In this document: positions 17,894-27,412 of the stretch, piece after piece
Position numbering within the stretch: the stretch's first letter is position 1
Layout of the letters: the number at the start of each line of letters is the position of its first letter
IMG/VR virus record: IMGVR_UViG_3300020592_000112
Location: 1-42,206 of that record
Source of the DNA: a virus
Lineage: Duplodnaviria; Caudoviricetes
Reading direction: 5' to 3' (one strand)
DNA: 42,206 nt
Notes under the pieces: generated by a model
The model's database searches: none
Told to the model about the DNA's origin: nothing
What the model saw: only the letters and a program-made list of their open reading frames with translations
Translations under genes and position numbers: made by a program

Positions 17894-19948
17894 TTACGCG
17901 CCCGGGTTCTTGTAGAGGCCGCGCCAGTCGATGGCCTTGGCGCCGAAGTCGAGGCGGCACTTGATTTCGACGCCGTCGACGTCAAAGCCGTTGCGGGTCT
18001 CGATGTAGGCGCCCTGCTGACCCTCCAGATAGGCGTACTCGATCGTGTCGATCTGGTTCGGGCTGGCCGCCAGATACCAGGCAGTCTCGCTGGCGGCGTC
18101 GAGCCGGGGCTCGCTGATTGGCGCGAGCGTGCGGATCGACTGCGGCACCACGCTGGACGTCGCGGCGGGCACGAGATTCTGCGCGACCAGCTGCTCGGCC
18201 TTCAGCTCCAGCGAGGCGGGCACGATCAGGAAGGCGGGTCGGACGTTCAGAACCGTCTTCTTGTCGAGGCCGGTCTGCTTGGCCATCGCCGCGCGCGCCG
18301 CGCCCACCGCATCCACCCCCAGCGTCGTGCCGGTGCCGGCGAGGTTCTTGTGCGTGGTGTGGAAGAGCGCGTTGCCGTCGGCCATCGCCGGGTTGGCGGT
18401 GATGATGCCCCAGACCACGTCCGACTCCAGCTGGGCGATGGAGTTGCCATACATCGCCGGGATCCGGGTGAAGGCGTCGAGATCGTCGTTGATCAGCGTC
18501 TGGCGGGTGATCGCAACCACCCGGCCATAGGTCTTAACCTTGTAGCTCTCCTTGCTCTCGCCCAGGGTCCCGCGCTTGAACTCGCCGCTCTCGCCGACCT
18601 CGAGAAGCTGCGGGGCTTCACCGAGCTGCACCCGGTGCATCGCCTTGAAGTCGGTGGCGAGCACCTGGCGGCAAAACAGCATGAAGGTCCGAGGATAGGC
18701 CTCGTAGGCCTGCCGTAGGGTCTTGTTGGTGACCGCCGAGAGGATCTCGGGGAAGTCCGAGGTCGAGTGCAGCGCCCGCGTCGCGACCTCGTCGCGCGAC
18801 AGGCCGCGCGTGTTCACCCCGGCATTGCCGAGGCTTTCGCGGGCGAGTTCCAGCAGCGTCATGCCGCGATACTGGCGCGCCGCGTCCTCCAGCGGGAACA
18901 GCGTCGGGCTGTAGCGGTGCAACAGCGCGTTCGCCACCGCGTCACGGCGGGTGATGCGCTCGTCCCGGCCGCCGAGAGGGACGGAGACATGCGGGAAGGT
19001 CCGGGTCTCGTCGGACTTCGTCGCGACCTGGTCGAGGATCAGGCGACGGGACTCGTCGACGCTGACGCCGCGCTTGACCAGGTCCTCGGCGAAGCCGCGC
19101 TCGAGGTTCAGGCGGCCTGCCAGATCATAGATGGTGGAGACACGGTCGCGCTCGGCCTCCCGGGCGCGGGTGGCAGCCGCTTCCGTGTCGGGCGCGGGAG
19201 TTGCCTGCGTCTTCGGCTGGCTGCGCGTCTCACTTGCGTGGACCTTCGGGTCGGGCACAGCCGGTTTCGGCTCGGTCATGAGGGTGTCCTCGGTTTCGAC
19301 CGGCGCGGTCGGCTGGGTGGTGGCGGGGGTTGCGGCGTTGCTCGCCGGGGTTTGGGTCTTGTCCGTCATCGGGGATGCTCCTTGCGGTGTGGGGGCGTCC
19401 CGGCGGTGAAGGACGCAGTCGTGAAGGGGATGCTGGGCACGGAAGCCCGCGGCGGGGTCGGCGCCGACCGCGACGGCGGAGACCTCGAACGGCGTCCAGT
19501 CGACCGCGCGCCAGAGTTCGCGGGCGGCTTCGGGTTTGGAGACCTCGAAGCGGTGGACCTGGTAGCCAATGGAGACCGCGCGGATGTGCCCGGCCTGGAT
19601 GTCACGCCAGATCGGCTCGACGTCGGCGCGCTCGCTGATCCGCACCAAGGCGATGCCCCGGCCGTTCTCGATCCGAGCGGAACCGGGGACGACCGAGCCG
19701 ATCACCGCGTCGAGCGTGTCGAGCTCGTGCACCTTGAGGAACGGCGCGCCCGCGTTCAGCCGGTCGAGCCGCACATGGGCCGGGTCGAGGCTGAGTTCCT
19801 CGTCATAGGGCTCGCCGAAGAAGGTCGCGCGGCGGACGCGGGCGCCCGCCGACCAGACCACCTCGACGGTGCGGCTGTCGGCATCGGCCGTGTTTGGCGC
19901 AAGCTCCGCCGACCGGCGCATGGCCGGCAGTTCGATCATCGTGTCCAT
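17894..19948 (-). CDS. Prohead protease / major capsid protein fusion
   Basis: N-terminal protease (H, VSIGY, PFEVSAV), Pro/Thr linker, capsid domain (HSTSDF, TYGR, DFGAKAIDWRG). Confidence 0.92.
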   Translation of the reverse strand: MDTMIELPAMRRSAELAPNTADADSRTVEVVWSAGARVRRATFFGEPYDEELSLDPAHVRLDRLNAGAPFLKVHELDTLDAVIGSVVPGSARIENGRGIALVRISERADVEPIWRDIQAGHIRAVSIGYQVHRFEVSKPEAARELWRAVDWTPFEVSAVAVGADPAAGFRAQHPLHDCVLHRRDAPTPQGASPMTDKTQTPASNAATPATTQPTAPVETEDTLMTEPKPAVPDPKVHASETRSQPKTQATPAPDTEAAATRAREAERDRVSTIYDLAGRLNLERGFAEDLVKRGVSVDESRRLILDQVATKSDETRTFPHVSVPLGGRDERITRRDAVANALLHRYSPTLFPLEDAARQYRGMTLLELARESLGNAGVNTRGLSRDEVATRALHSTSDFPEILSAVTNKTLRQAYEAYPRTFMLFCRQVLATDFKAMHRVQLGEAPQLLEVGESGEFKRGTLGESKESYKVKTYGRVVAITRQTLINDDLDAFTRIPAMYGNSIAQLESDVVWGIITANPAMADGNALFHTTHKNLAGTGTTLGVDAVGAARAAMAKQTGLDKKTVLNVRPAFLIVPASLELKAEQLVAQNLVPAATSSVVPQSIRTLAPISEPRLDAASETAWYLAASPNQIDTIEYAYLEGQQGAYIETRNGFDVDGVEIKCRLDFGAKAIDWRGLYKNPGA

Positions 19949-19953
19949 GAAGG

Positions 19954-21528
19954 TCAGTCCTGTTGGTAGGCCGGCGGCGGGTCGGTTTCATCCGCTTCGG
20001 CGGAGGGATCGTCTGCGGCCGGTTCGTCGTCGGCCGGATCGTTCGCCGGATCGCTGGCCCCGTCTTTGGTCTGTGCGCTGCCGGTCTTGGTGACGCGGCG
20101 CGGATCGCTGTCGAGCACCAGCCCCAGCGCGTCGAGCTTGGCGTTGGTCGCGGCGATCTCGGCCAGCACCGCGTCTGGATTGCGGCCCTGACGGGCGATC
20201 ACCTCGGCCAGCGTCATGGTGCCGGACCGGATCGACAGCAGGTTGGCCATCGCGTCCTTCTGCGGATCGACCGCCTCGAACTTCGGCGGCGACCATTCTA
20301 CTGGCACGATAGGCGACGAGATCTGACCCGCCGCCCATGCGGCTTCGGTGAACCAGCGCCAGACAGGTGCACAGAGCATCGGGATGAAGAGTTGCCATTG
20401 CACCGCATCGATCATGCGCCGGAACTCGACCAGCCCCGCCCGGATCGAGGAATAGTTGACCTGGCTGAGGTCGCCGGTCAGCAGCTCGTAGGGCACGCGG
20501 AAGCCCGCCGAGATCGTGTGCAGGCTCGCCCGCTTGTATTCGCCGTAGCCGCCGGTGGCCGACGGCTGGTTGAAGCGGATGTCCTTGCCACCGCGCGCGT
20601 AGGCGATCAGCCCCGGCTCGAACTGCTCGACCCGGTTGCCATCGGCGTCGACTACGGACGGGGCGATACCCTGCTGGGCCTCGTCGTCGCCGAAGACGAT
20701 GGCGGTGACACAGGCCTCGGTCTTCTTGCGGACCAGCTCGGCCACCTCGTAGTCGTCGAGATCGCGCAAGCTGCGGATCACCGGCGCGCCCCAGGGTACG
20801 CCGCGCGCCTGCGTTCTCTGCTTCTCGTAGACATGGGCGATCTCGGTCGCGGGGACCGGACGGCTCTGCATGCCGTTCTGCAAGTGCCCGTAAGCGTCGC
20901 CCGGATGTTCGGCATGGAGCCAGTAAGCCCGGCGCTTCCCGACCGGGTCGAACTCGATCCCCTGCACCAGCCGTCCGGCACCGATGGCGCCGGATTTTGT
21001 GGCGTCGAGGAAGTCGGCCTCAAGCACCTGCAATTGCAGCGGCACGGGCAGACCGTCGCTCGCCCGCCGCAGACGGCGGCGCACCAGCACTTCGCCAGCC
21101 TCGACCATCTCCCGGCAGATCAGCGTCTGCAGTCCGTAGAAGTCGAGCTGGCCGTCGGCATCGCACTCCGCCGTCCAGCGCTCGAAGAGCCCATCGACTC
21201 TTCGGTCGAGCTTGTCGTCACCACTCGCGGCGCGCGGCATGATCCCCGCGCCGATGATGTTGTTGACCAGCACCGCCACGGCCTTGGCCGCATGCGGGTT
21301 GTTGCGGACGAGATCGCGCATCCGGTCGCGTAGCAGCGTCCCGGCCACGCCGATCTCGGTATCGGCCGAGGATCCCGGCGCGCGCCAGCCATCGGTCCGC
21401 CGCCCGCGCGCCGCGCCGTCATAGCTCCGCGTCAGGGTCTCGAAGGCCTGACGCGCCATCACGCGGCGAGCAGCCATGCGCGGCGCCACCGTGGCGATGG
21501 CATGATCGAACCAGGTCGCCGCCATCAC
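19954..21528 (-). CDS. Portal protein, lambda family
   Basis: R.RDLVRNN, Q.RGVPW, LTGDLSQVNYSSIRAGL, VDPQKD. Confidence 0.93.
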   Translation of the reverse strand: MMAATWFDHAIATVAPRMAARRVMARQAFETLTRSYDGAARGRRTDGWRAPGSSADTEIGVAGTLLRDRMRDLVRNNPHAAKAVAVLVNNIIGAGIMPRAASGDDKLDRRVDGLFERWTAECDADGQLDFYGLQTLICREMVEAGEVLVRRRLRRASDGLPVPLQLQVLEADFLDATKSGAIGAGRLVQGIEFDPVGKRRAYWLHAEHPGDAYGHLQNGMQSRPVPATEIAHVYEKQRTQARGVPWGAPVIRSLRDLDDYEVAELVRKKTEACVTAIVFGDDEAQQGIAPSVVDADGNRVEQFEPGLIAYARGGKDIRFNQPSATGGYGEYKRASLHTISAGFRVPYELLTGDLSQVNYSSIRAGLVEFRRMIDAVQWQLFIPMLCAPVWRWFTEAAWAAGQISSPIVPVEWSPPKFEAVDPQKDAMANLLSIRSGTMTLAEVIARQGRNPDAVLAEIAATNAKLDALGLVLDSDPRRVTKTGSAQTKDGASDPANDPADDEPAADDPSAEADETDPPPAYQQD

Positions 21529-21734
21529 CGGTCCCCGCGCGAGAAGCCCGCCAGCCCGGCCACCGGCAGCGGCCGTGCCGTTCCCGCGATGGCGCGCTCG
21601 ATGGTGCGGATGCGGGCGATCAGATCCTCGGCCGAGCCGTAATCCACCGATTTGCCGTCATAGCTGACCCGCGTCGTGCCGCTGGCATAGGCCCGGCGCA
21701 ACGCCGAGAGCTCGGTTTCCGTCCAGTCGGTCAT
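21525..21734 (-). CDS. Head completion protein (gpW-like)
   Basis: True start MTDWTETEL...ASGTTRVSYDGKSVDYGS; between TerL and portal. Confidence 0.85.
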   Translation of the reverse strand: MTDWTETELSALRRAYASGTTRVSYDGKSVDYGSAEDLIARIRTIERAIAGTARPLPVAGLAGFSRGDR

Positions 21735-21736
21735 GT

Positions 21737-23743
21737 TCAGAACCATCCTCCGCGCCGCCCGAGCCAGTCGGAGCGGCGCTTGCCCTGCGGGGCCAGTCCC
21801 GGCCGGTTGATCTGCCCGGCGGGATCGCTGTGGGTGGGGGCGGCCCCGAGCTGATCCTCGAGGTCGCGCCATTTCTCGTCAGGCCAGCGGTCCGCGCCCG
21901 CGATCCAGGCGGCGGCGCGGGCATAGACCCGGCAGTCCAGCGCCTCGTTGCGCTCGCGCAGCTTCTGCCATTCCAGCCGGGCGAAGCCGCGCTTCGTGCG
22001 CACCGTCACCAGCTGCTCGGCCACGAACTGCTTCAGCCATTCGTTCTCGACCCAGTGCGGCAGGTGTACCGCGCCGGGTGGAAATGCCACCCCGTCGGCC
22101 ATCTCCTCGTCGGTCGGCCGCGCCAGCCGCAGGAATCGGTAGGTCTCCGCCTTGAAGGTCGACACCGCCACGGTCCAGAGCCGCGCCCCGCGCCGCAGGC
22201 GTTTACCGCCCTCGGTCGCGTCGACGAAAGTCGGCCCCGATACCGGGCTCGAGCGGTTGAACCCCTCGACGCCCTTGACCGGCGACACCTGCGCGAAGCC
22301 TTGCGCCCGCGACCAGGAATAGACCGCCGGGGCCTCGTAGCCCGTGTCGATGGCGAGCCGCGCGATCCTGAGATGCGCGCCGCGTTCGTGCGGCCAGGAT
22401 CGGTCGAGCAGCGCAGTCAGCTCCGACCAAGCGTCATGCCGATCCGGCCCGCCCTCGATCACGACGTGATCGACGAGCCAGCTTTCGAGCCGGCGGCCCC
22501 AGGCCCAGACATCGACCTCGATCCGGTCCTTCTGGACGTCGGCCCCGGCGGTCAGGAACAGCCCGCCCGCAGGCACCGTGCCGGATGTCCAGCGTTCGCG
22601 CCGGTCATAGAGCCGCTGCCAGTCCGGCGCTTCGCCGGTCTCGACCCAAGTCTCGCCGAGGATCGTGTTGCGGAACGCCTTGATCGCCTCGTCCGAACCC
22701 TGCGCCGCGTCCCATGCCCGCACGATCCGCTCCCAGCTCAGCCAGCCGATCGGCGAATAGAGCGCCGAGAGGTGATACCCGACCGTGGTCGGATCGGCGG
22801 CCGTGGCGGTCGCCCGCCATTCGCCGCCCTCCAGCATCGCCGTCTTGTGGTGTTCCGCGATGGCCGCGTCGCAGCCCTCGCAGTGATACTCCGCCGTCTC
22901 CGGGCGGCCCTTCTGCCAGCGCAGCCGGTCGAACTTCAGCCATTGCATCGCGCCGCAATGCGGGCACGGCACGAAGAACCGGCGTTGGTCGGACGCATCG
23001 TATTCCCGTTCGATCCGGCTCAGGCCACGGATGGTGGGCGTCGAGACCAGCAGCACCTTGCGCCGGTGCGCAAAGGTCAGCGACCGCGCTTCCGCCAGCG
23101 TGACCGGATCGCCTTCCTCGTCGGCCGAGGCGGGATAGGCATCGACCTCGTCGAGGAAGATGTAGCGCGCCGGGGTCGAGCGCAGCCCGACCGCCGAGTT
23201 CGCGCCCGTCATGATCAGGATGCCGCCGGAGAACTCCTTCGACAGCATCGTGTTGCCCGCGTCGCGGGACCGGGCCGGTTTGACCCGCTCCCGCAGCTCC
23301 GGACTTTCGTCGATCAGCGGATCGATCCGCTGGCGCGAGTTGCGTTTCGCCAATTCCACCGTCGGCTGGACCGCCAGCATCGGTCCCGGCGCCTGGTGGA
23401 TCGCGAACCCGATCCAGTTGTTCCCCGCCTCGGTCGCGCCGACCTGTGCGGCCTTCATGAACACAACCCGCTGCGTGGGATCGCCGGGGCTCAGCCGGTC
23501 CATGATCTCGCGCATGTATGGCGTGCGAACCGTGCGATACCGCCCGGGTTCGGCCGAGGCGCGGCCCGAGAGCATCCGGTGCCGGTCAGCCCATTCCGAG
23601 ACGGTCAGGTCCGGGTCGGGTCGCAGCCCGTTGCCCCAGGCGCGCAGGATCTCGCCCGCGCCGTCGAAGTCGGTCAGGCCATCGCCATTCTCATCGGAAG
23701 TCGGGCCGGACCTCGGCGAGCTCGTCGAGGTGGGCGCGTACAT
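21737..23743 (-). CDS. Terminase large subunit (lambda GpA family)
   Basis: MKAAQVGATE Walker A, FLDEVD Walker B, STPT, CPHC/C..C, GADVQ, NEALDC; ATG lies inside terS after GGAG. Confidence 0.95.
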   Translation of the reverse strand: MYAPTSTSSPRSGPTSDENGDGLTDFDGAGEILRAWGNGLRPDPDLTVSEWADRHRMLSGRASAEPGRYRTVRTPYMREIMDRLSPGDPTQRVVFMKAAQVGATEAGNNWIGFAIHQAPGPMLAVQPTVELAKRNSRQRIDPLIDESPELRERVKPARSRDAGNTMLSKEFSGGILIMTGANSAVGLRSTPARYIFLDEVDAYPASADEEGDPVTLAEARSLTFAHRRKVLLVSTPTIRGLSRIEREYDASDQRRFFVPCPHCGAMQWLKFDRLRWQKGRPETAEYHCEGCDAAIAEHHKTAMLEGGEWRATATAADPTTVGYHLSALYSPIGWLSWERIVRAWDAAQGSDEAIKAFRNTILGETWVETGEAPDWQRLYDRRERWTSGTVPAGGLFLTAGADVQKDRIEVDVWAWGRRLESWLVDHVVIEGGPDRHDAWSELTALLDRSWPHERGAHLRIARLAIDTGYEAPAVYSWSRAQGFAQVSPVKGVEGFNRSSPVSGPTFVDATEGGKRLRRGARLWTVAVSTFKAETYRFLRLARPTDEEMADGVAFPPGAVHLPHWVENEWLKQFVAEQLVTVRTKRGFARLEWQKLRERNEALDCRVYARAAAWIAGADRWPDEKWRDLEDQLGAAPTHSDPAGQINRPGLAPQGKRRSDWLGRRGGWF

Positions 23744-24287
23744 GTTTCTCCAGGACCTTCTGCATTGAGGCTGGCTCCACGGTGATCTGCTGGCCCGTCG
23801 CGTCGCTGCACGAGGCCGAGAGCTCGGCCGCCATCAGCGCCGCCGCACGTGCAGGCCAGGTCACCCATGCGTCCCGTTCCTCCCGCGCCAGCCGGAACAC
23901 CAGCGCCAGCGCGCGGGCCCGCTCGATCAACTCCCCCTTCAGCTTCTGCAGCCGGATGCGCCGCTCCTGCGCCTTCAGCACCTCGTTTGCCGTCTTTGCC
24001 TGCAGGAAGGTGGTGCCGCCGCCAACCGCTGGGACCGACAGACCCTGTTCGCGGAGCGTATCGCCAACAGCGGTCACGGCCGCCTCGGGGACGGGCTTCA
24101 GCTTCGGCGCGGGCGGCTTTCTCGTCTTCGACGGGTCCGTTGTCTCGGCCCGTCTAGCGTCGCTGGCGGCCGCGTTGATGCTGCCGTCGGGATAGAGGAC
24201 CAGCCGCTCGGCCGTCTTCGCCTTCTGGATCGCGCCCCGCGACAGCCCGACATGCGCGGCGTACTGGCGCTCGCTCATGCCCTGCAT
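23691..24287 (-). CDS. Terminase small subunit
   Basis: N-terminal HTH (MSERQYAAHVGLSRGAIQKA), coiled coil ...KLKGELI; directly upstream of TerL. Confidence 0.8.
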   Translation of the reverse strand: MQGMSERQYAAHVGLSRGAIQKAKTAERLVLYPDGSINAAASDARRAETTDPSKTRKPPAPKLKPVPEAAVTAVGDTLREQGLSVPAVGGGTTFLQAKTANEVLKAQERRIRLQKLKGELIERARALALVFRLAREERDAWVTWPARAAALMAAELSASCSDATGQQITVEPASMQKVLEKHVRAHLDELAEVRPDFR

Positions 24288-24318
24288 CGACGGCTCCGAT
24301 TATCATTCAAGATCATGT

Positions 24319-24337
24319 GCTTATCGAGTTGATAAGC
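24319..24337. promoter_or_regulatory. Inverted-repeat operator candidate between divergent terS and the DUF3489 pair
   Basis: GCTTATC-GAGTT-GATAAGC perfect 7-bp IR in an AT-rich gap, overlapping TTGATA. Confidence 0.5.
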
Positions 24338-24398
24338 GTCGCCACCGGAGCGAACGTCACTCCAGCTAAGCGATGCAACTCACCAAGGAGCCACCACG

Positions 24399-24671
24399 AT
24401 GACCAGCCGCCTGAACCCGATCACCACCCCGCGCCACGAACTCCGCGCCGAGAAGGCCCGGCGGAACAAGGAAGCGGCACTCGCCGCCTTCATCGGCAAG
24501 AAGGCCGAGATCGACGAGATGCTCTCCCGTCTGCAGGCGCTCAGCGACGACCATTTCAACTGCGCCCCCGACGAGGCGGGCTGGGCCATGGTCGGTACCC
24601 TCGAACACTACGCCAGCCTCCTGAAGCGCATCACCGACAGCGCCTTCGGCGAGGGCGAACACGCCCGCTGA
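24399..24671 (+). CDS. Small helical hypothetical protein
   Basis: 90 aa, SD AAGGAG; ALAAFIGKKAEIDEML.RLQ.LSDDHF. Confidence 0.75.
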   Translation: MTSRLNPITTPRHELRAEKARRNKEAALAAFIGKKAEIDEMLSRLQALSDDHFNCAPDEAGWAMVGTLEHYASLLKRITDSAFGEGEHAR

Positions 24672-24766
24672 TCTCCGGCGCTGCCGGAACTCCCGCCGCG
24701 CGCCCCGCGCGGCTCGTGGTCGTAGAAGGCGCCGCATGACGCGGGCCCGAATACGGAGACGACCCC

Positions 24767-25339
24767 ATGACCAAGCTTTCCGACACCCAAGCCATCATCC
24801 TCAGCTCTGCCGCACAGCGCGAGGACCGCATCGCCCTGCCGCTGCCCGAAAGCCTGCGCGGCGGCGCTGCCGCCAAGGTGGTCGGCGCGATGCTCGCCAA
24901 GGGCTTCCTGCAGGAGGCCGACGCGGACATGCGCAAGGGCGAACCCGTCTGGCGCGAGACCGGTGACGGCCACGGCGTCACGCTGGTCGCCACCGACGCA
25001 GGCCTCGCCGCCATCGGGATTGAGCCCGAGGACGCGAACACCGCGCCTGCGGGCGCGACTGACGTGCCGAGCGAACAGCCCGCGCCGAACACCCCCACTG
25101 AACCAAAACCCGCGCCCAAGGCGCGCACGCCGCGCGAGGGCACCAAGCAGGCCACGCTGATCGCCATGCTGCGCGCGCCGGACGGCGCGACCATCGAGGA
25201 GATCATGGCCGCGACGGGCTGGCAGTCTCACACGGTGCGCGGCGCGATGGCCGGGGCGCTGAAGAAGAAACTCGGGCTCGAGGTGACCTCGGAGAAGGTC
25301 GAGAGCCGGGGGCGCGTTTACAAACTCCCCGCCGCCTGA
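24767..25339 (+). CDS. DUF3489 protein (C-terminal wHTH)
   Basis: KLSDTQ.IILS, GTKQATLIAML..PDGATI.EI...TGWQ.HTVRG; SD GGAGA. Confidence 0.85.
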   Translation: MTKLSDTQAIILSSAAQREDRIALPLPESLRGGAAAKVVGAMLAKGFLQEADADMRKGEPVWRETGDGHGVTLVATDAGLAAIGIEPEDANTAPAGATDVPSEQPAPNTPTEPKPAPKARTPREGTKQATLIAMLRAPDGATIEEIMAATGWQSHTVRGAMAGALKKKLGLEVTSEKVESRGRVYKLPAA

Positions 25340-25360
25340 CGCGCCGGACGCCGACAAGCT

Positions 25361-25394
25361 GATGGCCGCCGTCCCACTGGGGCGGCGGTCGATC
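25361..25394. terminator. Hairpin between convergent genes
   Basis: GGCCGCCGTCCC-ACT-GGGGCGGCGGTC, with G-U pairs. Confidence 0.55.
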
Positions 25395-25617
25395 ATTTGG
25401 CGCTCCGCATCCGGATCGCCTCGAACACCCGCCGCAGGGCGAAGGAACGCGCTATCGACACGATAGTGAAGATGGCGCCCATCTTCAGGTTCTGCGCCAG
25501 CGTCGTGTGCAGGCCGAAGATCGGGAAGATCAGGATCTGCGTCATGACCGCGACGCCGTAGCCGACGATCACATTGGCGACGGACTCGACCAGAGACATG
25601 AGGCGTGACTGCTTCAT
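25393..25617 (-). CDS. Small two-TM membrane protein
   Basis: True start MKQSRLMSLVES (ATGA overlap with the MTase stop); two hydrophobic helices, RRVFE. Confidence 0.75.
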   Translation of the reverse strand: MKQSRLMSLVESVANVIVGYGVAVMTQILIFPIFGLHTTLAQNLKMGAIFTIVSIARSFALRRVFEAIRMRSAK

Positions 25618-26996
25618 GCGGCGGACTTGCGCCTTCGCGCGGGTTCGGGTTCGGGTTCGGCGTCCGTGTCCAGCGTCTCGGCTGGTGGTTCGGCGTCGCC
25701 GCACAGCCGCTCGGTTCTCACCTGCGTGAAGGTCCGGCCATCGCCGTCGAGGATCGCGTCCTTGCCGGTTTCGGCCTGCCAGCGTTCAACGGCGACATCG
25801 ACATAGGCCGGGCTGATTTCCATCGCGAAGACGCGGCGGCCGTTGGCTTCGCCCGCCATGATCTGCGAGCCGGAGCCAGAGAATGGCTCGTAGCAAAGCC
25901 CACCGCGCGCAACATGCTGGCGCATCGGGATGCCGAAGGCGTCGAGCGGTTTCGGCGTCGGGTGATCAGGGCGCTCGTCCTTGGCGAAGGATGGCATCTC
26001 CCACGTCGAGGGCAGCGTTTGCTCGGCGACCTTCGGCGGGCGGTTCGGACGACGCCAGCCCATGAAGCAGGGCTCGTGCTTCCAGAGGTAGTGTGAGCGG
26101 GTGAGAACCCCGCGGTCCTTCACCCAGATGATCTGCTGGTGGACGAAAGCGCCCGCCTTCTCCCAGCAGGCCTCCAGCATCGCCTGGCGGCGGGAGGCGT
26201 GCCAGCAGTACCAGGCGGCATCCTCGGCGATGGCCTCGGCGACCGCCGCAGCGATGAAGCCGTCGTAGAGTTCCGCCCCCTGCGAACTGTCGTCCCATGT
26301 CGTGCCGTAGGATGCCGACCAGTCCTTGTTTCGCGTCGGGTGGTTGGAGCCGTCGTAGTCGACGAGATAGGGCGGGTCAGTCGCGAACAGCACCGCCCTC
26401 TCGCCGTTCATGAGGCGGCGCACATCGGCAGCGCTGGTGCTGTCCCCGCAAAGCAGGCGGTGATCGCCGAGGATCCAGAGATCGCCGGTGCGCGACGCCG
26501 GATTGCGCGGCGGTTCGGGGATGGTCACCGGCGGCACGGAGCCCCCGGCGCCACCGTCGTCACCGTCCCCCTCCGGCACGAAGGCCAGCAGCTTGTCCAA
26601 CTCGCCGTCCGAGAAGCCGACCAGCGAGAGGTCGAAATCCTCGGCCAGCAGGTCGTTCAGTTCCGCCGACAGCAGCGCCTCGTCCCAGGTACCGAGTTCC
26701 GTCAGCTTGTTGTCCGCGATCCTGTAGGCCCGGCGCTGCGCCTCGGTCAGATGGCCCAGCACAATCACCGGCGCTGCGGTCAGCCCGAGCTGCGTCGCAG
26801 CCAGCACGCGCCCGTGCCCCGCGATCAGTTCCCCGTCCTCGCCGACGAGGCAAGGCACGGTCCAGCCGAACTCGGCCATGCTGGCGGCGATCTTCGCGAC
26901 CTGGTCCGCGCCATGCGCCTTCGCGTTCTTCGCGTAGGGCTGGAGGCGCGACAGCGGCCACGTCTCGATCGCGTCCGGGGCGAAGCTCAGCGTCAT
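25614..26996 (-). CDS. ParB-like domain fused to an N6-A/N4-C DNA methyltransferase (beta class)
   Basis: Start MTLSFAP; IAGHGR..AA and RAYRIADNK (ParB-like); TDPPY before HPTPKP and YEPFSGSGS. Confidence 0.92.
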   Translation of the reverse strand: MTLSFAPDAIETWPLSRLQPYAKNAKAHGADQVAKIAASMAEFGWTVPCLVGEDGELIAGHGRVLAATQLGLTAAPVIVLGHLTEAQRRAYRIADNKLTELGTWDEALLSAELNDLLAEDFDLSLVGFSDGELDKLLAFVPEGDGDDGGAGGSVPPVTIPEPPRNPASRTGDLWILGDHRLLCGDSTSAADVRRLMNGERAVLFATDPPYLVDYDGSNHPTRNKDWSASYGTTWDDSSQGAELYDGFIAAAVAEAIAEDAAWYCWHASRRQAMLEACWEKAGAFVHQQIIWVKDRGVLTRSHYLWKHEPCFMGWRRPNRPPKVAEQTLPSTWEMPSFAKDERPDHPTPKPLDAFGIPMRQHVARGGLCYEPFSGSGSQIMAGEANGRRVFAMEISPAYVDVAVERWQAETGKDAILDGDGRTFTQVRTERLCGDAEPPAETLDTDAEPEPEPARRRKSAA

Positions 26997-27018
26997 GGTG
27001 GGCAAGGTTCCTCGGTCG

Positions 27019-27237
27019 GGTGGATGCCGGTGGCTTCCGGACTCCGGATGCCGCGCCGGACTCCTCACGGGGTCCAGCGGCCACCTGCGGTGTCCGGTCG
27101 GAAGGCCAGCGTTCGTTGGTTTTTGCGCGGGGCGCGCGTGGCTCCGGCTTCCGGGTGGCTTCCCAAAACTCCGGCCCTGTCGCTGGCGATATCCCGCGCT
27201 TCGCCCGCCAGCATACGAATATCGCCAGGAAGGAACC
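27019..27237 (-). other. Lambda-like cos packaging site candidate
   Basis: - strand GGTTCCT..20 nt..TGGCGGGCGAAG CGCGGGATATCGC resembles lambda GGGTCCT...GGGCGGCGACCT CGCGGGTTTTCGC; GGTGGCTTCC repeats on the terS side. Confidence 0.65.
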
Positions 27238-27355
27238 GGAAACTGCCGTGGGCTGGACCCCGGCCGGACCCTCGCTGGATACCGGGGTCCAAGTGGCCCC
27301 CGTCAACGCAAAGGGGAGAGCGAGCTTTCCAGCGCACTCTCCCCATCTTGCCTTC

Positions 27356-27405
27356 GGAATAGCACGATCATGTTGCAGATGTCGAAGGGAAAAGTGTTGC
27401 AACAC
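27356..27405 (-). promoter_or_regulatory. Putative late promoter with activator sites
   Basis: TCGACA-N18-TATTCC with TGn extension; palindrome GTGTTGCAACAC at 27394-27405; second TGTTGCA at 27371. Confidence 0.45.
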
Positions 27406-27412
27406 ATTGGAG

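Noticed and set aside
21830-23785. Long + strand ORFs (also 6170-7861, 19963-21333, 28806-30206, 32242-34212, 36960-38525)
   Set aside because: Antisense shadows of well-supported genes in GC-rich DNA; no motifs.
25641-25658. (GGGTTC)x3 tandem repeat as a phase-variation tract
   Set aside because: In-frame hexamer encoding EPEPEP in the disordered MTase tail; slippage would not shift the frame.
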